A stretch of 64,000 bases of DNA. It comes from Antedon mediterranea (taxonomy: Eukaryota; Animalia; Echinodermata). Positions 1 to 9,700 of the stretch are shown one piece after another (position 1 is the first letter of the stretch; the number at the start of each line of letters is the position of its first letter). The position numbers and the translations under genes were made by a program. The notes beneath the pieces are model-generated. The model was not told the DNA's origin and did no database searches. It saw only the letters and a program-made list of their open reading frames with translations. The stretch is taken from the NCBI RefSeq assembly GCF_964355755.1, contig NC_092670.1, positions 19,888,795 through 19,952,794 on the forward strand, in the 5' to 3' direction.

Positions 1-759
1 AACACAATCTTAAGGGCTCATTTTGCGGCTGTGTCCAAGCGCCCTCTATTCCCGGTAAGTCATGTGATGCAAACCTTGCCCACAGGGTTATGCACGGCAC
101 GAAAATACTAACCAAATTTATATTGAGAAGAGTTCATTTGAAGAATTTGAATTTTACTGCAATAAGCTTTGAAGGTACTGCAGCAACTACTATAGAATAT
201 TTTGACATGGTCCTTTTTTATAACCTTGACTTTAACCATAACATTTGAATTGAGAATGCACAGTTTATTTGATGCTTTCTATTGACTGATCTTTTTGTAA
301 AGCTCCACCTACAACAATGATAGAAGGTTGCAACTTCTTATTTGCTTTAATTAACAAACATTTGGCCTGCCTATTCATTTCTGTTAAATTCTGTAGTCGC
401 CAAAAATTGCATGAAAGACTGTTTATTTCTTTAAAAGGCAACAAACTAATATAGACCAATTTAATGACATTTGCTGAATTATGTCTAAATTGTTTTAATA
501 CAAAATAGAATATGGTTTATTTTTATTTATCAAGGCCGTAGTGAGAGCTTAAAAACAGACAAGGCAAAGATGCTTTAAATAAAATTATTTATATAAAATA
601 TGACGATCTGTGCTGGGGAATTGGGGTGGGTAATAAATTAAAAATTGTTGACAAGGCGAGCACATCGTCTGACTTATGCTTAGGCCCTGTCTATTTAGTG
701 AACTAAACATTAAATATGTAAGTTTGTTCCTTAAAACTATCCTTTTTATTCTATTTCAG

Positions 760-3700
760 AGTCGCAAACCACCTCAAAAACCAGTAGAAAGCAAAGATTC
801 TAGTGGACTGTTTGATGATGAAGATGATAATGATGGAGACTTATTTGCAGATGTTCCTGCCAAGAAAGGTATTCTTAATCCTCTTGTAAATTTAGCATCA
901 TCATCTTTTGTTTAACATTATCCTTGTCACCTGTCCCACACACCATACTTGCTGACCTATATCATAACACATCCAGAGACATTTTAGAGAAATTCTTTCA
1001 CCTAAAGCCTTGTTTACACTAGGCGAATTTGTTCGCACGAATCGAAAGCGTCATGCTCTGCGCATGCGTATTCGAGTTTCTGTCTGTCATACTCCCTTCT
1101 GCGACGAATTCTAGTTCCTTTATTTTTCGCTGCAGCGACATTTACTAGTTCGAATTGTTTCTACTTTTTGCGAAGCGAAATATTGCGCAACCAATCAGAG
1201 CTCAGGAAATGAGCTATGACGCTTTCATGAGCACTCATGCGAATCGAAATGCTCAGCAACCACGCGAGGAACATGAACGTCGCAGCTATTCGCTCATGTA
1301 GTGGAAAGAGAGTAGGCGATTTTTTTCTCTTTGAAACGTTGGATTTGCGCGAACAAATTCGCCTAGTGGAAAATAGGCTTAAAGCCTTGTTTACACTATC
1401 AATCGTTATGTGACAATAAATGTGATGAGCCCATATATGGATATGATGATGTCATATCACTACCATATTTGGGCATATCACTACCATATCCAACTTGTTT
1501 GTGATCATTATTCTTTTTTAGAACCAGTAAAAGCTACAAAGTCATCAGGTTTGTTCTCTGGAGATGAAGAAGATGAATTATTTAGTGAAAGTTCTAAACC
1601 TGCACCAGAGCCACAGAAGAAAAAGGTAATAAAAACACTACATTGGAACACCTCCTTTATGACACTTTCCATTGCTCAACAAACAAGAGGCAATACATGT
1701 TTTAACACGACAACCGATTCAGGGAACATCCCTATTAAAGGGACAGTTTCATTGAAATGAACAAGAGAAGTATATGTTTCAAATTATGGCCAACCTCAAT
1801 TAAGGGGACATTCCTATTGAGTAGACACATTGTTGAGTCATAAAGATGTCCCCTTAATAGGCGTTCTACTGTATTACTCTAACATTAACTTATCACTTTT
1901 TAAATAAACCTCTATTAATAGTTACCAGCTGGTGCAGTATCAATGTTTGGCAGTGTTGATCCTCTGGCAGGAATGAAAGGTCTTGCTGCAAATACTGAAA
2001 AAGACAAAGAACCAGAATCACGAGAACCTGTCAAAGCTGTCAAGAAGCCAGTAGTCAAAGAGCAGAAGTCTGGTGGTCTGTTTGATGATGAAGACGACTT
2101 GTTTGGCATTCCATCTGTATCCAGTAAAAAAGAAAGGTCTGTCTACACTGTCAAACTTCATGTGACAAAAAAATGTAATGTGCCCATATGTGGACACGTT
2201 GATGTCATATCACTACTATATTTGGCCATATCATTACCATATTTGGACACATCATACTTTTTTGTCTAACTAGTTTGATAGTGTAGATAGAAGCTTAAGA
2301 ACTAAAATCTTGACATAGTTATTGTTTTTTTCTGCAGTCCCCAAGTCAGCAGAAATAGTTCCAAGTTATTTGACGATGATGACGATGGTTTATTTACTGT
2401 ACCAAAAGAGGAACCAGCTAAGCAGGTGCGTAATTTGAAAATATTAATTTAATTCAATAGTTCAATTATGAAATGAAAACAAAATCATGATTTTAATTAC
2501 AATAGTAACATTTTATTTTTATTACTTATATTATATCATTTTTTTTTTCAGACGACGGCTAAGAAGCCAGCTAGTAGTATGTTTGACGATGATGAGGATG
2601 ACGTGCCAGAAGATGATCTGTTTGCAGCGGCGGCTAAACCAAAGGACACGTAAGTTTAATATTTACTTCCTTCAAAAAGACAACAACTGATACTGATACA
2701 GTTTTGCAATTGTGTTAATCAAACCCATCTTGTTATGTTGTTACCAATTATTAAGCTATGTCTACACTATCAAACTCAAAATGTGACAAAATATGATGTG
2801 CCCATATATGGATATGATGATGTCATATTTATATCATATTTGGGCATATCACTACCATATTTGAGCACATCACACTTTTTTTTATCAAACTAGTTTGATA
2901 GTGTAGACAAAGCTTAATTCAACGTCTCATTCTTTCAGTGGAAAGAAAAAGAAGCCTGTAGGAGGGATTGCCATATTTGGTGGCGAGGACTTGTTTTCTG
3001 AAATAAAACAAAAAGATGGCTTGAAAGTTGAAGAAACAGAAGAGAAACCTTCACCAGAGGTAATATTTAATTTTTTATTAAAGCAGTCTTGTAAAAAATA
3101 TTAGGTAATATTGATTAATAATAATAATAATTTACATATTTGAAAGCCATGCTCTTGTTTTTTATTTCTTTTAAGAAACCTGAACCAGTAGCAATACGGG
3201 AAAACCCAATACCTCGTAAAAATACCTTTAGTCTGTTCTACGAGGAAGATGAGAAAGACGAGGAATTGTTCCCATCATCCTCAGCTTCAGCCTCATCTTC
3301 ATCAGCAGGAACGCCAATCATGCGTGAAGACTCAACTGAGGTAGGGGACATAATTTATATAATTTCTTTTTAGGGCATAGAGTAATTTACTTCATTGGCT
3401 GACCTTTAAACTTAAATGTGTTTCAAACTCTACAGTGTTTTCAAATATAGTACTTCTCTTTCCATCCGTACTACAGCAGCTGGTGATTCATTTGTCTTAG
3501 CTGTGGGCTTATTGAAATTTCCAAAGTTGTCCATTTAGTTTTTATTTATTTATTTCAAAACCCAAACCAATAGCAAAATTAATAACAATAAAAAAAACAC
3601 CATCATAATAGTAATAATAATCAACAAGGTTACTTTAATAACAAACTGATTAACAATTAACTCTCATCAAACATAACATTCTGTCTTAATGTGCTACAAC

Positions 3701-6700
3701 CACATTGCCTATGAGTTGTATCTATTACGTTCATGATTCATAAATTTAGAGATGAAATCTGTGTTAACCAGACTTAAAACCTTCGCTTTTTAATCATTTT
3801 TACAGGAAAAGGCCCAAAGAAGACGAAATAAAAGTAAAAGTGTATTTGATGATGAGGATGTACTGTTTGGCTCACGAGAGGAAGAGGCTCCCCAAGTGGA
3901 TCTGTTTAGTGGAGCAGGATCAGCATCACCCCCGAAGGTAACCCGTCGTGCTTTATTTAATCAAATACTCACTAAAACATAGCAATCTTCACCCATTGCA
4001 TGCTAAATCAATCGTTTTTATAAGCTCTGTCTACATGCACTATCAAACTTTATGTGACAAAAAAATGTGATGTGCCCATAAATGGACATGATGATGTCAT
4101 ATCACTACCATATTTGGGCATAACTCTACCATATTTGGGCACATCACACTTTTTTGTCACACTAATTTGATAGTGTAGATAGAGCTTAAGAATGTTGTTA
4201 CCATTAACTTCATACCCTGACTTACATTTCATTTTAATTTACTGTTTATATAATTCTATAACAAAAAAAAATATAATTCAATGTATTCGTATATGTGCAA
4301 TTTAAACATTTGGTGAAAATATATTTTTGTACAAGAAACTTTTGTCTTTTTTTTGGTTAAAATAATATTTTGTGTGCTCTAATTTTATGGCATTAAAAGT
4401 GGTTTTTAAAACTTATAAATAAATAACTCTTTCACCTCTACCATTTAAATTTTGTAAATAATATACAGTAGCAATATATATAGTAATATTAGTTATATTA
4501 ATATATATATTTAGGTTTGTTTAGCATTGTTTATAACCATTTCTGTAGTGTTTATATATTTTACCACAAGTGTGTGTGTGTGTATGCAAGTGTTATGTTG
4601 ATTTTGGTATCTAGTATATGTATTTGTATATGTATATATTTTTAGATTTAGTATCTATAAATTTTTTGTTTTATATCAGAGGTTCTCAACAGGCCCACAA
4701 GTTCATTTTATTTATTTACTGCTAAAACAAATGAAAAAAAACAAGGTTAAAAAAGGGTTAGACAACATGAGCTTCCAGGCTTTGAACCTAACCATTTTGA
4801 TGCCCAGCTCTATCTGGCCCGCAAGATTATTTTAAATTTATAACAAGGCCATATTAGAAAACTGTTGAGAACCCCTGATTAAAATAGTAGTTTTGCTTTG
4901 CAACTAATTTGGTGTACTAATTTAATTTCGCAAATCAATTTTGATTTCTGCACATGTCTGTTTATTGTTGAACTGCTTTATACAAAACCCTTTTCTCTAG
5001 CACAGAAATCTAGCAGTATTTTACCTGTAGCAGGTTTATGTAGCATGCTATGTGGCTGGGTATACATAATGCTCTCACCAGTTTTTAGTTATTTTATCAA
5101 ATCTTCACCAGGCATGTTAAATATGGGTTTTAGCAGTTTGCCAAAGCTAGCACGCATTAGTGGTAAAAATGTCAATTTTTGTTGGTTTGTATTGTTTTTA
5201 TAATTTTATTTATTTGTCAAATTGTCATGCAATCCCTTTGTTACTGAGCAACAACTGAACTAAAATTGTTAATTAATATTGGCAAACACAAGTACAAACA
5301 AACAATAAGATAGTTTGATTGTGCCAAGGATTGGCAAAAGAGGCCAATCTGCCGCCGAGTAGATGTTCCACAAAAATTTTTCAAAACTAAGTAAATTTGT
5401 GTCTTCAAAATCTTTTTTTCTTTATTGTGTTACTTACTTCATCGGAAGTAGTTGCTGGTAACAAAACGACATTGTATGTTGATACTGACAAAGTGTGACA
5501 GTTGCTTATGTGTATGCTGATGTGTTGAATTTTGCGTCAAATCCCACAGATCCTATCCTATTGTAACTTATTCCAATTGCACATAAAAATCAGTCAAACT
5601 ACTAATTCTTTTGGAGCTTACACTTTTAATTAATTAATGTACAACAAAATTAATAATTTGAAAGGGGGTTTGACGCAATTGGAAGCACATGCACTCAATG
5701 CATGTTTTAAATATTGTACAAAAAATATTATTCAAAATTATATATATTTTTCCAAATAAAATACTCAGACAAGACTCTGCTTTTCTGCTTTCTTTAATGC
5801 AGTTTATTTTTACATTTTGTTAAATGTATAAATAATATTTGTGGGATGGACGCAAAAATTCAATACATTTAATTTTGTTTGATTGAGAAAATTTGTTTAA
5901 TTGATTTTTATATCTAGCCCTTCAGGGACATCAAAACTGTGGTGTTTAACCACAATTTGTCAATGTTATTATTTTATAGTATTTTTATTGCTGGTTTTGT
6001 TTCGTTGAAAATTATTTTCCCATAATGTTATTTATAATTAGAATTTTTAAGTCCATCTCACATAATGTTATCATTCCACAATCATACTAGCCCGAAGCCA
6101 AAAAATCAAAAGCTGGAGGAATTTTTGATGACGACGATGATGAAGATGATTTATTTGGCGAAAAAACACTTCCTAAAGAAGACGTAAACAACGTCAAACC
6201 CAGCAAACCGTCACCGAGTCCCGCCAACGACCGATCCAAGAACTTATTTTCTGATGATACGGATGGAGATTTGTTTAACTCAGGAAAATCCACTCCACCT
6301 CCAGTAAGAACTAAGCCTCCAAAACCGGGACCTAAGACACGGAAAGAACGCTTAAAAGAACCAACTCGACCACCTCCCTCTCCAATTCAGACTAATATTG
6401 GGAGTGTGTCTCCCCCTGTAGTTAAAATGAGGCCAAAGAAAAATGATAAAAATAGTGGTAATTTATTTGCGGACAACGATGAAGATTTATTTAATAGCAA
6501 TGAAAGAAGGAAAAGAGAGGTAAGGTGTCTTATTTTTGTTATTTGTGATACTTTTCAATTTAATTGTAGCTATACCTCTGTAGGTTATATATCCTACCAA
6601 CTATTACTACAATTGTTAATTAATAAAATCATTATAGTTATGATAATACTACAACAACTGTAGAACATTAACTCTAGTAGAAGTGCTGTAGCTGAATTAC

Positions 6701-9700
6701 TAGAGCCAAATTACTGCATCAACTGTAGAATTACTGCAGCAATCTAAATATCTACTGATTAATACCAATGTATATCAAACAAATGAAGTAATGCATCGTG
6801 GAAATGTATATTCGTTTGACTAGGGTATTTTTTCAACGCATGACCGGTTATCTTCATGTATTAATTTCAGAAATACTATTTCAATATTATTTGAAAATAT
6901 TGTTTTGTTTATCATTACCATAGCAACATTATTGTTTTGTTTACCATCATAGCAACATTATTGTATGCATTTATACACATACACATGCTTGACAACCTTC
7001 ACCATGAATATTTTGATTGCTTTATTTATGTATGCAGAATCTGTCCGTTTATTTGATTTTGTTCAATATGTTTTTATTTTTTTTACTTATTTTGTACATG
7101 TACTCAACCTGACAATTATATTCATTTTTCCACAGAGAAATGTTTAGTTATGATTTTATCAAGTTAATATTAATCATTTAAAATGAATATATAATAGTAT
7201 TATTGTATAAATTACACTTCAGTTTCAATGTGCTTAAAATTTTGTTTATTTTAAATTTTGTTCTTGAGCAGTCATCAAAGCCAATACCAGGAATGTCAAA
7301 GGTCGCAGTTGCCGATCCTTTTAATGTTGCAAAGACATCTGAACCCGAGTCTGATTCGGTAAGCATCTCATCAAACGCGTCAACAGATCGATTGGCAGCC
7401 AATGGAATTGGTGCTAAGTATGATGATGTAAGTATTTTGGTGAGGGTAACTAGCTGTGTGTTGTGAAAGTGGCTATCGACACAATCACTGTGTCAATGGC
7501 ATGATCAATAGAGCGTGCAATTTATTATTTTCTACGGGAATGGTTGGCTGTGCATCTAGTTCTATGTACTGAAAAACAATAAAAAAAGAAAACAATACAC
7601 AGAACGCCAAGTTTACCGTGCAGACAGGAAATTATAGAAACTGTAATGATATATACATTATATGTATATACCGTAACCATTTTTCTGTTAAATTTACAAA
7701 CGTTCTGAGAATTTTAAAACTTTAATTTTTATATTAGCTAAGCTTTTTATGAAATGATTTTTTAAGCTTTATTCTTAATTAATTTGTTGCAGTGAGTTTT
7801 TTTTCCCACTTTTTTCATGCTCATTTGTATATAACGTTATTATTTTGCATGTTTTTCTCTACTCATGACTTGTTTTATAGCCTCTGTTTGGTAGTCCGCC
7901 TGCAGATGATGATTTATTTTCCCCTAAATCGTCGACGTCTAGTAAATATAAGCCTGTCAAACCACCAGGTATCAAATCCGTCAAGGCACCTACTAAGCCT
8001 TCGAGTAAAGTTGAAAAAATACAGGTGTGAATTTGCATTAATTTATATATATATTTGCATATATATATACACACGGCATATGTATATCCATTAACGTTAG
8101 CAACTAATAACTTAAATGTAATTGAATGATGTTTTATATTGCATAGATATTTTTAAAAATTATTGCAAAATATATAATACAGCTATACTATCATAGATAG
8201 AATATTCAAAATACTAGATATATAATCTATTTTTTAAATATTAATAAAAATGAGATTTACAAACATTAAACATATATTATATTTAATAATTTTTAATAAG
8301 CAGCAATCAATGATTATTGCAATATTAATAATTTAATTAAAAATCTATAAAGTTAAATAAATTTTAGAATTATTCTCCCCATATTACATCTACATCTCTG
8401 AACTGCCTCTTTTATCTATCTTTTCACTATTTTTTCTGTTATGTCTTTTTTGTGTTTTTAGTTTAATTGTTGAATGTTTTGAATATATTTATATTATTAA
8501 TGTGCTTATTATAATAGTCATTAAGAATGAAAAAGAATGGAATAATATGGGATTACAATTTTACATTTGTTTTTATAATTTTAGAAGCAGAAGTGCATTT
8601 TTTAATTTAACTAAAATCAAGGAATATTCAACATAATCCCATCTTATAATTTATTAAAAAACAGTATATTGTTGGTTAAAATTCATTATTCATTTAATTC
8701 TCAGCTTTCTTTGTCCGCACACAATAAAACAACCATAACTTTAAGCACAGGTCCTAAACCCTTCTATGCTAGGCTTTTTGGAAAGAAAGCTAAAAAAACC
8801 AAAGCCAATACAGCAACACTGCCAAAACCTTTCTCAAAATTTGCCAAAACAAAACCGCATAAGCACAAGCCAGCACGCCGTTCACAGAATAGGCCCAGAA
8901 TGCCAACTCATCCACCACCACCCGTACCGAAACCACGTTCAAGGAGGCGGCGAAAGTCTGTAGGGCGCCGAAGTGCGGGAAAGGTGTGTCTTGCATGGCA
9001 CGCCTAATTGCTTGCTTTGCTTGCTAATCAGCACCTAGGGATTTTGCTTTGACTTTATTGTTTTATCCTCAATGCATGATTTTCTAAATTTGGCCAATCA
9101 CATTAAGGGAATGCATGAAAAGATAAAAGAATTCTGTTTTCAGTTTGATTGAGCATGAATATACATAGATAAGACACGATTAGTTCCAAGATAATCTGTG
9201 ATCAAGTTCTTATTTTGCATGTTATGTGTATTTAATCTTAAATATAAATATCAATGTCAAAGTTCTAATTATTTAAAAAAATTAAAAGCGTAAAAGCAAT
9301 AAAAAGAAATATTGTTTAAACTTATTAAAATTTATTTTCCTCCTTTTAACTATTTCTAGCCTATTCTAAATCTTTCATGTTTTTTTCTGTTTATCTTATT
9401 TTCTTCTTCATTCCACTTATGATTGTCTTTACACCATATTCGAAAAAACATAGTTTACTAAAAGATAATTAAATGAATACTTTACTTTAATTTTAAAGAA
9501 TATTTGAGCAGCATATCTTTTATTTTAATGTATGTTTGCATATGCATGCCATTGACACGTGTAACAAATCAAGTTCTGCTTGAATGACTTTATATTAACT
9601 GGATTTTTCTAGGCCAATGTTACCATTGATCCAAGTAAACTTAGGCCCGGAGCAGCACCTTCCGCAAAAGAGCCAGAGTCAGACCCTATATTGCTTGATC

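Noticed and set aside
4898-5203. 101-aa ORF or possible extra WASHC2 exon
   Set aside because: No LFa motifs, and I found no phase-compatible exon boundaries.
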